From Salinispira sp. (GTDB taxonomy: Bacteria > Spirochaetota > Spirochaetia > DSM-27196 > Salinispiraceae), in assembly GCA_965602015.1 (NCBI GenBank), contig OZ271918.1, positions 96,001 through 160,000 of the forward strand: a stretch of 64,000 nt of DNA, read 5' to 3'. Both the position numbers and the translations under genes were made by a program. Under the pieces are notes generated by a model that saw only the letters and a program-made list of their open reading frames with translations, made no database searches and had not been told where the DNA came from. Below, one piece after another: positions 42,539 through 53,919 of the stretch. How positions within the stretch are numbered: the first letter of the stretch is position 1; each line of letters starts with the position of its first letter.

Positions 42539-44947
42539 ATGATGGCTTTACAAGCGCAGTTGAGTGACGATTTCGCAAAGAGCATAATGGAATTATGTTC
42601 CAGTTCACCGGAAGACCTCGATTCCGCCCTAAAACTCGGGCCGGAACTTGGCGCATTTCCTCACGATGAGGACGGCGGGCGATTCCTGTTTTGGATACCC
42701 GAATTGGAAGATGATCACAATCCTGCAACCCGTGTTCTTCTTCGAATCTATCGCTTCGCAGACAAGGCATTTGACGTCTCAAGCGAGAGTGCTTCATTTA
42801 GCTATACTGATTTTACGATGTCACATCGGGGACAGTTCGCCTTCGCTGTCATTTCCGGCCTGCAGTTCGGAAATCGGGAACAGTGGGGAGATTTGTACGA
42901 GTACAGGGTGATGTATTCCGACGGAAGTTCTAAAACCTTTCCGGACCCCCTCGCAGCATCAATGCCTTTTGGAGCCGGGGCGCCTTCGGAACTCTACGAC
43001 ACCGGTGCCGTTCTTGCCGCTCGAAAGGACTACGAGTATTTTCGCAGGTCTGTAAAAACCGAGGTCGAATCAGACGGTCTTCCGAGGGTGCAAAGTCCCG
43101 CCAGCATGCTGGAAATCCACAGCGGAACCGCTTCGGCGGACGGAACCTTTGCAGGCCTGAACGAAATTTATCGGGGAATAGCGAAAAAAACAGAGGCCCG
43201 ACAGGAGCTGGAAACCTGGGAGCAGGCATATATTGAGTACGATGCAGTGCAGCTTATGCCCATTGAGCCGACCATTCTCTATGAAGGCGGTCCACATTAT
43301 TGGGAGCCGGTTAATCTGGCGGAGTCAGGGGCAATTGAGGAAGCACGCGACAAGACCGGCAGCGTATCGGTCCGGCTTCGCCGGCCCGACGGCATAAACT
43401 GGGGTTATGACAGTATGATAGCCGGTTCGCCGGCGCCTCAGCCCAGCTACCTGCGAAGCGGCCGGCCGCATGAACTGCTTGATCTCATCGAGACCCTGCA
43501 TTCTTTTCCGGGCAAACCAATCATGGTGGTCCTGGATGTGGTGTATGGTCATCTGGATAATCAATCTATGGACCTGATGAACAGGAAATTTTTCGCCGGT
43601 CCGAATATGTACGGTCAGGATTTCCGCTATCAGGACCCCATGGTCAGGACCTTTATCATGGAAATGCTTCGCAGAAAGGCGCTCTACGGTGTTGACGGTA
43701 TACGTATCGACGGCGCCCAGGACTTCAAGGTCTACGACGAATCACAAGGTAAGTTATTGCATGATGATGATTTTCTCGCGCTGATAAACAGTCTTGAGCT
43801 CGAAGTTGGCGACCTGCGCTACCGGCCCTGGATGATTTTCGAGGACGGTAGACCCTGGCCGAGAGAGGATTGGGAACTTGCCTCATCCTATCGGGAGATA
43901 ACCCGCCGGCTGCCCAACGTGGTGCAGTGGGGCCCCCTCACCTTCGCCCACAACACACCGTTCCTGTTCACTTTTTGGGCGACTAAGTGGTGGAGGATCG
44001 AAGAAGTTGCCCGCTACGGTTCTCATTGGATCACCGGTACGGCAAATCACGACACCCTCAGAAGAGGCACTCAGGTCGACACCGGAGCGCGGATAAACAG
44101 CTACCTTGGAGCGGACCTGCCGGAGAGATTCGCCAACGGCTATGACAATTACGCCAATCGAATGTTCGACGTCATGATGCCGGGTATCCCCATGGATTTC
44201 CTTCAAGCGAACTTGCGGGTACCCTGGAGTTTTATTCGGAATACTGACTGGAAATGGGGGCCCAAGGTCATGTCGGAGGAGGCCAATTTCATTGATTGGT
44301 GTCTTCGTCCCGGAGATTGGAACAGGGATTGGGTATTCGCCGGCATGAAATCATCGGGATTTAGCTCATATGACGGATTGCGTCGATTCTTAAGAAGTCT
44401 GGGTTCATGCCTGTCAATTGCAGAGTTTGACACATCTGCCGCGGCGAAGCTGATGGAGAAGATCGAACCACCCCTGGAGGGACCGGACACGCTGGATATC
44501 GGGATTTTGGCCGGCCTTGCCAGAACATGGATGCAGGATGTTGCGGAGATTTGCCGCGTCACCAGATGGTACGATCAGGCTTCAGGAACAAGACAGGATT
44601 TTGCCATGAAGCTACGGCATTTCAGAAACCAGCGGCCCTGGCTAATAGACAATATTGATAAAGATGAAATGATAGTCCGTCATGCCGGAGCTGAGGGAGC
44701 TGTGGTGTTGTCTATCCTGAGAAAGAATACGAGCAAGGACGAACTGTACCTCATGTGCGCAAACATGGAAGGCGCGCCTCAAAAGCTCTCCGCCATGGAC
44801 AGCGGATTCTCTCCCGAACTCCGAGAAGAGCTCAAACGGCGAACCTGGAAGCTTATCATCAGCAGTCCGGACACCCAGGCCGATGACAGCCCGGAAGTAC
44901 CCGTCCTGCTTGAGAATTCCCGGGGTGTGATTTGGCGGGGAGTGTGA
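42539..44947 (+). CDS. Glucosylglycerol hydrolase-like GH13 enzyme (GghA/Slr1670-like)
   Basis: 802 aa; NWGYD, DVVYGH, DGIRIDGAQDF, FEDGRPWP, QWGPLTFAHNTP and ANHDT motifs, recalled as characteristic of this family. Confidence 0.78.
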   Translation: MMALQAQLSDDFAKSIMELCSSSPEDLDSALKLGPELGAFPHDEDGGRFLFWIPELEDDHNPATRVLLRIYRFADKAFDVSSESASFSYTDFTMSHRGQFAFAVISGLQFGNREQWGDLYEYRVMYSDGSSKTFPDPLAASMPFGAGAPSELYDTGAVLAARKDYEYFRRSVKTEVESDGLPRVQSPASMLEIHSGTASADGTFAGLNEIYRGIAKKTEARQELETWEQAYIEYDAVQLMPIEPTILYEGGPHYWEPVNLAESGAIEEARDKTGSVSVRLRRPDGINWGYDSMIAGSPAPQPSYLRSGRPHELLDLIETLHSFPGKPIMVVLDVVYGHLDNQSMDLMNRKFFAGPNMYGQDFRYQDPMVRTFIMEMLRRKALYGVDGIRIDGAQDFKVYDESQGKLLHDDDFLALINSLELEVGDLRYRPWMIFEDGRPWPREDWELASSYREITRRLPNVVQWGPLTFAHNTPFLFTFWATKWWRIEEVARYGSHWITGTANHDTLRRGTQVDTGARINSYLGADLPERFANGYDNYANRMFDVMMPGIPMDFLQANLRVPWSFIRNTDWKWGPKVMSEEANFIDWCLRPGDWNRDWVFAGMKSSGFSSYDGLRRFLRSLGSCLSIAEFDTSAAAKLMEKIEPPLEGPDTLDIGILAGLARTWMQDVAEICRVTRWYDQASGTRQDFAMKLRHFRNQRPWLIDNIDKDEMIVRHAGAEGAVVLSILRKNTSKDELYLMCANMEGAPQKLSAMDSGFSPELREELKRRTWKLIISSPDTQADDSPEVPVLLENSRGVIWRGV

Positions 44948-45003
44948 TCCGCAGGAGATAATCCGGTGCCGGCGAAAATCCGGCGCCGGGAGGGTGCGAA
45001 AGC

Positions 45004-45918
45004 TTAGAATATTCTAATGTCGCCGCTTCCGGTCACAATGGTGACAGGGATCGCTCCGCTGCCGGCTTCAAGTATTTCATTGCCGCTTTGGTTGAATATG
45101 CGGATATCTCCCGAATTTGTCCTGGTGAAAAAGGAAAAATCTTCGGGATCTCCGAGCACCTCGAGGCTGACATCGCCGGAATTGGTAGTGAAGCGGGCAA
45201 AATCAAAGACGCGGAAGTCGTATAGGCGAATATCGCCGCTGAGGTTTTTCGCTTCTATTGCCGCGACGCTGGACCGCAGTTCGATTGATCCCGAACTGCT
45301 TGCAAGGGACAGTAAACCTTCGCCGCCGTCAATGCGGATGTCTCCGGAGGATGTTTCGGCTTGAAGTTCACCGGAAAACCCATCCAGGCGGATATCACCG
45401 GAGGAGGTTTCGATGTTTATCCGGCCGGTAGGGTTTGCCGCCCGCACGCTTCCGGAGGCGGTGTTTAGTTGAATCAGGCCGGTCACCCTGGTCTCCAGAC
45501 GGATATCTCCTGAAGAGCTTGTGACATAGATATCCATGTTTTCCGGAAGTGAGACCATCATGCCGGGGTATCTGGAAGACAGAATTCCCAGCACCGGTTT
45601 TGCGTTGACTTCGATATATAGTCTGTCCGCCCGCTGACTGATGCTTACGTCATAGGTGTTCTCATCATAGGGCTTTATTTCAAGATCAACTGTAGAATCT
45701 TCGCTTCCCCTGGTTAGCTCAACGTCCCAGTCGGGCACGATGATTTCAATTGAGCTGATATTTACAAAGCTCTGACGATCCTGTATCTCAGTTCCACCGA
45801 GGGCTGACAATGTATTGCTCAGGAATAGTATAGAAATGATAAGCATTAAGGAGAATTTTCTATAACGCGCCTCTTCCAAGGGTTTTTTGGTTTTACTGGT
45901 ATTCATGTACTGCTCCAC
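45004..45918 (-). CDS. DUF4097 family beta-strand repeat (putative adhesin) protein
   Basis: Signal peptide plus about 9 repeats of T(S/N)SGDIR. Confidence 0.85.
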   Translation of the reverse strand: MEQYMNTSKTKKPLEEARYRKFSLMLIISILFLSNTLSALGGTEIQDRQSFVNISSIEIIVPDWDVELTRGSEDSTVDLEIKPYDENTYDVSISQRADRLYIEVNAKPVLGILSSRYPGMMVSLPENMDIYVTSSSGDIRLETRVTGLIQLNTASGSVRAANPTGRINIETSSGDIRLDGFSGELQAETSSGDIRIDGGEGLLSLASSSGSIELRSSVAAIEAKNLSGDIRLYDFRVFDFARFTTNSGDVSLEVLGDPEDFSFFTRTNSGDIRIFNQSGNEILEAGSGAIPVTIVTGSGDIRIF

Positions 45919-45973
45919 ACTTCAGATTTTGCTATGTCCTTTCAACACCGCAGAATGGAAAGAGTGTCACCTA

Positions 45974-47944
45974 TCAGGATCTGCTGATCCAAATCTGCTC
46001 AAGGGGGGCTATCCGGACGTTTCCTTCCTCTTCGATTTCCTCTCGCTTCCGCTTTCCGCAGTTCCCGTATAATATCTGCCACTCGGGCCAAAAACCGTGA
46101 ATTCTCAAGACATTACTGTCCAACACAGCGGGCTTCTCTGAAAAATTGCTGATTATGAGAAGTTTTTCCTGAGTATTTCCGACGGTATAGGCCAACAGGT
46201 TGGGATGCGGAGAATTAAGGAAATCGCTTCGTCCCCCGGAGAAACAGGGATGAGTAGCGCGCAAGCTAATCATTTTTCGGATTTCAGTGTATACACGGTG
46301 GGAAAGTGATCCTGTTTTGGTGGGAATCTGTTCCCAGTCAAACTGCGGGCGGTGTATCCATCGGCTGTCTTCATGTAATGCTTCCTCGTTCTGGTATTCG
46401 TACCAGTTGAGCTGGGCAAGCTCGTCTCCGATGTATAAAAGCGGAATGCCGCTGACGCTCATCAGGACCCCGTGCAGAAGCAGGTGACGGCGGATTCCAA
46501 ATTCCAAATCATCTTCCGCAGCGGTCACCCGTGCCGTCTCTATTGTATTGGCGCTGAGACCCTGTTCTATTCCGGCCAGACTGGCGCAGGTTCCGCTGAT
46601 TCTACAATCTCCCGTCGCAGGATTGAACTGAAACGGGACTCCCCGGGCGAAGGAGGCGGGAAATCGATTGGTGTAATACTGATTAAGGAAGTGGCGGTGG
46701 TCGTAACCATTGATGTTTAGCTCAGCGGCATCCTCGTCAGCAAAGGTCCAGCCGATATCATCGTGGGATCTCACGTAGTTTACCCAGCTGCAGTCTTCAT
46801 GTATCGCCATGCGCTTCTGCATTGAATGTTGAAGCAGCCGGGTTTCGCGGGTAGCCATAGCCTCCCATAATAGAGCCATAAGCAGCGGATTGTACGATAG
46901 TTCGCACTCATCTCTTGATATATAACGTTCAACCTCGTCCGGATGGACGATGGCCTCGGATTTAAAGGCCAAGGCCGGCGCGGCAATGGCGGCGGCAGCA
47001 CGAAAGCAGCGAATGAGGGTGTGAGCTTTGGGAAGATTCTCGCATCCCGTACCTTTCTCCTTCCATACAAAAGCCAGGGCATCCAACCGGAGAATTTCCG
47101 CTCCCCGGTTTGCCAAATACAGCATTTCACCGACCATCGAACGGAACACCGCGGGATTTGAGTAATTCAGGTCCCACTGGTAGGAGTTAAATGTGGTCCA
47201 AACCCAACCTCCGGCGTCGGAATCCCAGGTGAAACTGCCCTGACGAACATCCGGGAAAATATCTCTGAGATGCTTATTATAGGATTCCATTTCCTCTTTG
47301 TCGGCAAAGATGTAGTAATAATCTTTGAAGTCGTGATCACCTGAGCGGGCCGCCCTCGCCCAGGTATGCTCATTGCTCGTGTGATTGAACACAAAATCAA
47401 GAACAAGTGAAATTCCCCGGGCTCGTAAGGCAGAAGCAAGCTCTTCGAGCTCCTCCATAGTTCCCAGTTTTGGCGAGACGTTCCGGTAGCTTGAAATAGC
47501 ATAGCCGCCGTCATTTTTATGAGCTGGGGCTTCGAAAAGCGGCATCAAATGCAGGTAGCGGATGCCAAGAGAATCGAGATACTCAATTCGCTTTTCAACC
47601 CCTTTTATCGTCCCCGCAAATCGATCAACGTACAGCATGCCGCCTACCATGCGCTGATCCTGATACCATGAGGGATTCTCTACCCGTCTTTCATCCAAGC
47701 GCCTCAGTTCCTCGGATCTTTCGGCGAATGACTTGATGAGCTCCAAAAATATGTTCTCCAGCTGGAGGAAAAAATCCCAACGAGCACCGTAGAGTTCAAT
47801 GAGACCGTCAAAAAGTTTATGGAAGTTTTCCTCCAGACGATCAATGAAAAAACCTGCTCCGTCTTTCCCCAAGGTTTTTAAGGCGCGTTTATTTCGATCT
47901 TTCAGAAGCATCAGCGCTTTTGCGGATTCGCGTGTTTTTTCCAT
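45974..47944 (-). CDS. Amylosucrase / sucrose hydrolase (GH13_4)
   Basis: DGGYAIS, DFVFNHTS, QWDLNY, LRLDALAFVWK, FKSEAIVHP, VNYVRSHDDIGW, RISGTCASLAG; ATG 47944 TAATG-coupled to the LacI stop. Confidence 0.9.
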   Translation of the reverse strand: MEKTRESAKALMLLKDRNKRALKTLGKDGAGFFIDRLEENFHKLFDGLIELYGARWDFFLQLENIFLELIKSFAERSEELRRLDERRVENPSWYQDQRMVGGMLYVDRFAGTIKGVEKRIEYLDSLGIRYLHLMPLFEAPAHKNDGGYAISSYRNVSPKLGTMEELEELASALRARGISLVLDFVFNHTSNEHTWARAARSGDHDFKDYYYIFADKEEMESYNKHLRDIFPDVRQGSFTWDSDAGGWVWTTFNSYQWDLNYSNPAVFRSMVGEMLYLANRGAEILRLDALAFVWKEKGTGCENLPKAHTLIRCFRAAAAIAAPALAFKSEAIVHPDEVERYISRDECELSYNPLLMALLWEAMATRETRLLQHSMQKRMAIHEDCSWVNYVRSHDDIGWTFADEDAAELNINGYDHRHFLNQYYTNRFPASFARGVPFQFNPATGDCRISGTCASLAGIEQGLSANTIETARVTAAEDDLEFGIRRHLLLHGVLMSVSGIPLLYIGDELAQLNWYEYQNEEALHEDSRWIHRPQFDWEQIPTKTGSLSHRVYTEIRKMISLRATHPCFSGGRSDFLNSPHPNLLAYTVGNTQEKLLIISNFSEKPAVLDSNVLRIHGFWPEWQILYGNCGKRKREEIEEEGNVRIAPLEQIWISRS

Positions 47945-48945
47945 TAACAACTCCCCCGTTCAACAATGGATATGTTCACATAAATTTTTCGAATACTGTC
48001 TGAATCCTTTTTTATAACCAGGTCTTGTATGATCTCCGCTGCGAGCCTGCCGCTGTAATCAAGGTCCTGTCGTACCGTGCTGAGATCCAGATACTCCGCA
48101 AGATCGAGATCGTCGAAGCCCAGAACTGCAATTTCCCCGGGAACATCGATGCCATGTTTCCGTGCCTGCTGGATGACCTTCGCTGCCAGCAGGTCGGATG
48201 AACACATCATGGCTCTCGGATGGGTTCTTGTGTCGAACATGGAGTCCAACCACTCGATGAGCTGGGGATCTCCGAAGTGATAGAGGCGTATCCAGTCTTC
48301 AACTTCGCTTGTGCGGGTCGCGCTCAGGGCTTCCCGGAATCCCTGCAGTCGGTCCTCTGTTGAATCGACGGTATACGGCTGATCGGAAAATTCTCCGACG
48401 AATCCGATTGAATGAAATCCCCGATGTAGCAAATAGCTGGCTGCAAGGTACCCTGCCTGACGATTATCGACCAACACGGCATTAAAGCCATCCGGCGCAT
48501 GTTCCACGAACACAACGGGGATGCCTGAATTTCGAAGACGTCCCTGTTGATGTCCGGGAATTTTCAGGGAGAGAACTATCAGTCCGTCGATGCGTTCACT
48601 GACCGGCAGCATATCCAGATATTCCTCCAGCTGCTCCGCAGACTTGACCGTGTAGATAATGAGTTCAAAATTTCCCGGTGACAGGGTTGTGCTTATTCCC
48701 CGGATGCGCTGAATAAATGATGCCTCAGTCATAAACGGGGTGAGAACGCCAATGCGACGCAGATGTTTTTGTGCTCGGGCCTTTGCATCAGCCTTCGGAC
48801 GGAACTGCAACTCTTCGATTGCCAGGAGGACTGCCTTGCGGGTAGAAGGATTGACCAGAGACGGAGCATTGAGCACCCGGCTTACCGTACTTATGCTCAC
48901 AGACGCATGATGAGCAACATCATATATTGTCGCGTTTTTTTTCAT
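47944..48945 (-). CDS. LacI family transcriptional regulator
   Basis: ATIYDVAHHASVSISTVSRVLN HTH; VPGEIAVLGFDD; start set at ATG 48945. Confidence 0.93.
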   Translation of the reverse strand: MKKNATIYDVAHHASVSISTVSRVLNAPSLVNPSTRKAVLLAIEELQFRPKADAKARAQKHLRRIGVLTPFMTEASFIQRIRGISTTLSPGNFELIIYTVKSAEQLEEYLDMLPVSERIDGLIVLSLKIPGHQQGRLRNSGIPVVFVEHAPDGFNAVLVDNRQAGYLAASYLLHRGFHSIGFVGEFSDQPYTVDSTEDRLQGFREALSATRTSEVEDWIRLYHFGDPQLIEWLDSMFDTRTHPRAMMCSSDLLAAKVIQQARKHGIDVPGEIAVLGFDDLDLAEYLDLSTVRQDLDYSGRLAAEIIQDLVIKKDSDSIRKIYVNISIVERGSC

Positions 48946-48970
48946 AACACCGTCTTCAAAAATTAACCTG

Positions 48971-48988
48971 TATGAAAGTGCTTTCATA
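48971..48988. promoter_or_regulatory. LacI-type operator between the divergent lacI-amylosucrase and treS genes
   Basis: TATGAAAGTGCTTTCATA near-perfect 18-bp palindrome; minus-strand TTGACA-16-TATCAT (49028-49001) and plus-strand TATAAT (49010-49015) lie next to it. Confidence 0.78.
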
Positions 48989-49056
48989 AAAGCAGTTTAC
49001 ATGATACTCTATAATCCAAACTTGTCAATTGGAAATCTATTTCGAAGGCGGGAAGG

Positions 49057-50832
49057 GTGAATTACACGGAATATCGCGATCTTTGGATGAGGCTTTACGA
49101 CGGGGTGTCAGACGAAGAGATCTGGGAATCAAGCTGCAGGCTGACCTGGGAGGAAATAGAAAAAACCCGAGGCGCACTTGTCCCTGCACCGGAAAACTCG
49201 GGACGTAGCTGGTATGAAAATCTGGTCGTGTATGCCCTGTATCCCCAGCATTTCAACCGGAGCATTTCCGGCATTACCGAAAAGATCGATCATTTCGAGA
49301 AGCTAGGCGTAAATTGTCTCTGGCTGCTCCCGATTCTGGACTCGCCGATGCGTGACGAAGGGTTTGATATCTCGGATTATCGGAAAATACGGGGCAGCCT
49401 GTTCTCCGGCGACTTTAATGACGAAAAGCGCGATCAGGTGTTCTCCGAACTGGTGCACGAGGCTTCCAAGAGAAACATCTCCATCATCTTCGACATTGCC
49501 CTTAATCATGTGAGCAGCGACCACCACTGGTTTCAATCCGCGACCGAGGATAAAAAATCAAAGTACCGGGACTATTTTATTTGGTCAGACAGTCCTCAGA
49601 AATACTCGGAGGCCCGGATAATCTTTAAAGGCCTTTTGGATTCGAATTGGAGCTGGAATGACCGCAGTGCGGAGTACTACTTTCACCGATTCTATCCCCA
49701 TCAACCTGACCTGAATTACCGGAATCCCGAAGTGCTCGGCGAAATAATCGATACCCTGCTGTACTGGATACGCCGGGGAATACGGGGGTTTCGGGTCGAT
49801 GCAGCGCCGTATTTGTGGAAGGAAGAGGGGAGTACTTCGGAGAATCTCGCTCAGACTCATGAAATATTAAAGATAATTCGGGCATCGGTCGACCTGGTCG
49901 GAAAGGATATATTGCTGTTGGCTGAAGCCTGTCAGCCGCCCAAGGAAGTCGTGGCGTATTTTGGCGATAGCGATGAATGCCAGGGGGCATATCATTTCCC
50001 GCTGATGCCCAGAATGTACAAGGCGATCCTCGAGGAAAATCCAACGGCAATAAGCAGCGTGTTGAGCCCCGGCATCACCCCGGATATTCCTGTCGGCAGT
50101 CAGTGGTTCACATTTCTTCGCTGCCACGATGAGCTCACCCTCGAGATGGTGAGTCCCGAAGAACGGCGCTTTCTTCATTCCCGGCTTTGCCGCCGTCCCG
50201 AATGGGATTTCCGTCAAGGGGAGGGAATTTCTGCGCGGATTGCCGAATTATTCGAGGAGCCGAGGGACGTGCTGTTTGCCCATCTTCTGCTTCTCGGACT
50301 GCGGGGTAACCCGGTGCTTTATTACGGTGACGAGTTTCTTGTTGGGAACAATAAAGATTTCGCGCAGAAACAGCTGCAGTACACGGGGTACAGCGACAGC
50401 AGGAATCTCGTGCGCGGCCCCCTCGATTGGGATGCGCTGCCTTCCCTTGGGGAAAACTGCCACAGCGATCCGGCTCTGAAGGATGTCCCACGCTGGCATG
50501 CGTGTATGCTGGCCGAGGCAGTACGGCGGCGTCGAAATGCAGAAATCTTCGGTTTAAGCCACCGCGAAGAAATAATCGCGACAGAGGATTTATCATTGCT
50601 GGAGATCGTTAAAAAAGGCGACTCGGGAAGTCTTCCGGATTTCTCTCTTTTTTACAATTTTTCGGCGACCGAGCCGGCGAATGTCGACCTAAAGGAGCGC
50701 ACAGGAAAAATCTACCTTTATTGGTCGGGAGAAACCGGAAAGGGGTACGAGCGGATGGATGAAGCTCTGAGCAAAACCGATGGGCGAATCTCATTGCCGG
50801 CCAAAGCTGTGCTCTGGATCAAGAGGGCTTAG
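49057..50832 (+). CDS. treS: Trehalose synthase / maltose alpha-D-glucosyltransferase (TreS-like GH13)
   Basis: [42 protein letters not shown]-like [21 protein letters not shown]. Confidence 0.85.
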   Translation: MNYTEYRDLWMRLYDGVSDEEIWESSCRLTWEEIEKTRGALVPAPENSGRSWYENLVVYALYPQHFNRSISGITEKIDHFEKLGVNCLWLLPILDSPMRDEGFDISDYRKIRGSLFSGDFNDEKRDQVFSELVHEASKRNISIIFDIALNHVSSDHHWFQSATEDKKSKYRDYFIWSDSPQKYSEARIIFKGLLDSNWSWNDRSAEYYFHRFYPHQPDLNYRNPEVLGEIIDTLLYWIRRGIRGFRVDAAPYLWKEEGSTSENLAQTHEILKIIRASVDLVGKDILLLAEACQPPKEVVAYFGDSDECQGAYHFPLMPRMYKAILEENPTAISSVLSPGITPDIPVGSQWFTFLRCHDELTLEMVSPEERRFLHSRLCRRPEWDFRQGEGISARIAELFEEPRDVLFAHLLLLGLRGNPVLYYGDEFLVGNNKDFAQKQLQYTGYSDSRNLVRGPLDWDALPSLGENCHSDPALKDVPRWHACMLAEAVRRRRNAEIFGLSHREEIIATEDLSLLEIVKKGDSGSLPDFSLFYNFSATEPANVDLKERTGKIYLYWSGETGKGYERMDEALSKTDGRISLPAKAVLWIKRA

Positions 50833-52514
50833 TCCCAGCGCGAGTCCTCGGTGTCCAGTTCCTCGGTGATGCTGCTGCCGGTTTGCTCTGAACGTATCTG
50901 GTCGATTTCCTTTTCCAGCTCTTTAAAGTTCCTGATGTTCTGTTGTCCCACTGCTGTAATTCTGTTGCTCTGATCGAGACTCTGTTCCACTAACGATGAT
51001 AATTCGGAAAGGGCAGATTCCACCTGTCCGGAAATCATCCGTATGCTGCCGGTATGCTCGATGCTTGCGAGGAGCTCCCTTTCCATGGTATTCATGCTTG
51101 CGTTTACGCTTGAGCTGCTTTCTTTCAGATGCGTGACGGATTCAGTGATGTCACCTGTGCCTGCATTTAATTCCTTCATCCCGGCGATAATCTCAAGAAT
51201 CGCCCTGTTGACTTCAGAAATGGAAGAAGAGATTTGGGTGAACACCTCCCTCAGCGTACTGCTGCTCTCTCCCGCTGCGGTGATGCGCTGATTGCTGGCT
51301 TCAAGGGTTTCCCGGATAACCTGTGAGTTATCGCGGCTTTCCTCGGCCAACTTCCGAACCTCGTCGGCAACCACGGCAAATCCTTTTCCCGCATCACCGG
51401 CATGGGCAGCCTCAATGGCGGCATTCATCGCCAACAGGTTGGTACGGCTTGCAATACCCTCGATAACCTCGATGACTTCCAGGATATTCTCCGAAGAACG
51501 GGTGATCTCCGTGAAATCCTGCATGGTAGTTTCAACGCTGTCCATACCGGACTGGCTGAGAGAAACCAGGTCCTCAATCATGGCCCTTTTGTCGTCGGCG
51601 TTTTGACTCATGCTCTGTATTTGAGCGCTTATTTCTTCCAATGCGCTTGAGCTTTGGTCGATGGCGCCCTGTTGTACGCCAATGCTTTTTTTCACTGTCT
51701 CACTGGCATCCTGCATCTGGCTGTTTCGCGACTCGCTGTCGGTAACTCCTGCGCTGAGGGAGGACATATTTTTTTTAACGGTGTCGAGATTTCGCGAAAT
51801 ATTTTCAGCGATTTGCAGACTTTCTTCGGCGGTTTCCCGTAAAGACTCACCCACATTAAACGCCTGGGCGGTGGAATTCAAAAGGGCGTTCATGTTCTCA
51901 AACCGCCGGTTTTCTTTCTCACTTTGAGTCTCGAGTAAAACAAAGGAGACTTTTTGGTTTCGAAAGACCTCGAAACTGAAAAATGCCGCTGCTCCCACAA
52001 GTACTACCGAAATAAAATATGACGCCAGGCCATCATCCATACCGAGTTGACGCAGGCTGGGATTAATCCACAGAAAGAAATAACCGAGGCTGACGGCTAT
52101 GGTCGAAATATTCAGCGTAACCAATTGTCGGTTTCTATATGCTAAAAGTGGAGCCGTTACCAGCACCGCAAGCTGATACGATGCCAACTGGAAAACCGAG
52201 TTTACATTGCGTGTGGCCACATCTCTAAAACCAAGGTAGAACAGGAGGGTGGCTGCAAGCCAAAAAACGATTAAAAGACCATGGCTCACCAGTTTGAATC
52301 TGCCTCGGAGGATGAGGATTATGCCCGATGCGAGCAGGACTGCAACAAGATACTCTCCCAATCCCATCAGAAGATTGGTTTGAATACGTATGGTTCCCAA
52401 AACCGCGAAGGTCACCGGAAGGATGAGACAGATGATAAATAAGGTAAAGGCTTTTTGCTGGACGGTAACCCGTTCATCCCTGTAGGTCTCGTAGATCTTC
52501 TGCTTGATGTTCAT
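50829..52514 (-). CDS. Methyl-accepting chemotaxis protein with a multi-TM N-terminus
   Basis: [38 protein letters not shown] hairpin tip; about 6 TM helices. Confidence 0.95.
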   Translation of the reverse strand: MNIKQKIYETYRDERVTVQQKAFTLFIICLILPVTFAVLGTIRIQTNLLMGLGEYLVAVLLASGIILILRGRFKLVSHGLLIVFWLAATLLFYLGFRDVATRNVNSVFQLASYQLAVLVTAPLLAYRNRQLVTLNISTIAVSLGYFFLWINPSLRQLGMDDGLASYFISVVLVGAAAFFSFEVFRNQKVSFVLLETQSEKENRRFENMNALLNSTAQAFNVGESLRETAEESLQIAENISRNLDTVKKNMSSLSAGVTDSESRNSQMQDASETVKKSIGVQQGAIDQSSSALEEISAQIQSMSQNADDKRAMIEDLVSLSQSGMDSVETTMQDFTEITRSSENILEVIEVIEGIASRTNLLAMNAAIEAAHAGDAGKGFAVVADEVRKLAEESRDNSQVIRETLEASNQRITAAGESSSTLREVFTQISSSISEVNRAILEIIAGMKELNAGTGDITESVTHLKESSSSVNASMNTMERELLASIEHTGSIRMISGQVESALSELSSLVEQSLDQSNRITAVGQQNIRNFKELEKEIDQIRSEQTGSSITEELDTEDSRWD

Positions 52515-53839
52515 TGATTCTTCCTTCTTATACCGTAAATCCTAAAACGTTCAGCCTTGCCACGCATGGATGCGGGACCAAAATCCGTTATTTCGAGCTG
52601 GCGTAGAGTCTTTTTACTAAGCCTGTCATACACATTTTGGGAGAGGATTATATCGCTTTCCAGTTTCCTGGTAAGCCGCTCGAGGCGAGAGGCCGTATTC
52701 ACCGGATCTCCGATTGCGGTGAAATCCATGCGGCGCTGGCTTCCGATGCTTCCATACACCACTTCGCCTTCGTGAATTCCTATTCCAATTCGCACGGGCT
52801 CCCGGCCCTGAAGATTTCTGAGATCATTAAAGGCGTCGAGCTTGTCAACCATTTCAAGCGCCGTAAGGACCGCCTGATCGCAATAGTTATCTGAGAAAAC
52901 CGGGGTACCAAAAAGTACCATGATTTCATCACCAACTATTTTGTCCAACGTTCCATTGTGCTGATATACCACGTCGATCATCTCGTTGAAATACGCATTG
53001 AGAAAGTCGACCACTTCGGCAGGATTCATCGCTTCCGACAGCGTTGTGAACGAACGAATATCAGAAAAGAGAATCGCCGCAGGGCCGCGGTGCCCCTCGC
53101 TGGAATCAATTCTGATTGAGTTCTTGGCAATGCTCTCTCTTGTAAGGGCCGGGGGAAGATAGCGCTCAAGCTGCTGTTGAATTTTACTCTGGTGCACCAT
53201 ATCAGCCACTCTTCGGCTTACATAGGCTGACAGTGCTGTCATAACCAGGGAGGGAAAAAAGAATATCGATGCGGTGAATGCAACATTCACGGGATCCATT
53301 GGGCCCCGCAATGATTCAGGCAGAAAATAGTAGGTGACGCCAAACCCGATGGAAAACAGGAATAACGAGAAGTAACTGGAGCCGACGGAAAAACGCAGCA
53401 AATCTAAAATAATGTAAAGACCGAAGAGCGCAAGAAATCCTATTACCAGCAGGGTAGGCGCGGAAATTCCGAATCCCGGAAGCAGATTGCTGAGCTCCGC
53501 ATTGGAGAAGGCAAGGTGGAGCATGGCGGAGAAGCCGAAAACATCTAAGGTAATAATCAAGTATTTATGGCTTGGCCGGTAGAGGCGGGAAAAAAACCTG
53601 GAGCGACCGAGCCACCAGATATCAATAAGCATAAAAATAGATAAGAGGAGCAACACCGCCAGAGGGAGAACTTCAGCATAAAAACTTATGCCCATAATAA
53701 TAGCCTGTACGATATTGGAGAGGAGCAGGATCACGATAAAGGCGCAGCGGAATATTGAGATACGGAGTTCTGCCCGGTATTCTTCCCGGGCTACCAAAAA
53801 AGCGGTACTCTCACCTGAGTTGCGTAAACTTCCTTTCAT
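52511..53839 (-). CDS. Membrane-bound class III adenylate cyclase
   Basis: [35 protein letters not shown] (Lys/Asp ATP-specifying pair); about 6 TM helices. Confidence 0.92.
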   Translation of the reverse strand: MKGSLRNSGESTAFLVAREEYRAELRISIFRCAFIVILLLSNIVQAIIMGISFYAEVLPLAVLLLLSIFMLIDIWWLGRSRFFSRLYRPSHKYLIITLDVFGFSAMLHLAFSNAELSNLLPGFGISAPTLLVIGFLALFGLYIILDLLRFSVGSSYFSLFLFSIGFGVTYYFLPESLRGPMDPVNVAFTASIFFFPSLVMTALSAYVSRRVADMVHQSKIQQQLERYLPPALTRESIAKNSIRIDSSEGHRGPAAILFSDIRSFTTLSEAMNPAEVVDFLNAYFNEMIDVVYQHNGTLDKIVGDEIMVLFGTPVFSDNYCDQAVLTALEMVDKLDAFNDLRNLQGREPVRIGIGIHEGEVVYGSIGSQRRMDFTAIGDPVNTASRLERLTRKLESDIILSQNVYDRLSKKTLRQLEITDFGPASMRGKAERFRIYGIRRKNQ

Positions 53840-53919
53840 AATGTAAAACCCCTGAAGTCCTCGTGGTTGCGTCGGATTGTAATAAACAAGTGTATCAGAT
53901 AATGATGGCAGCTTGGGCT

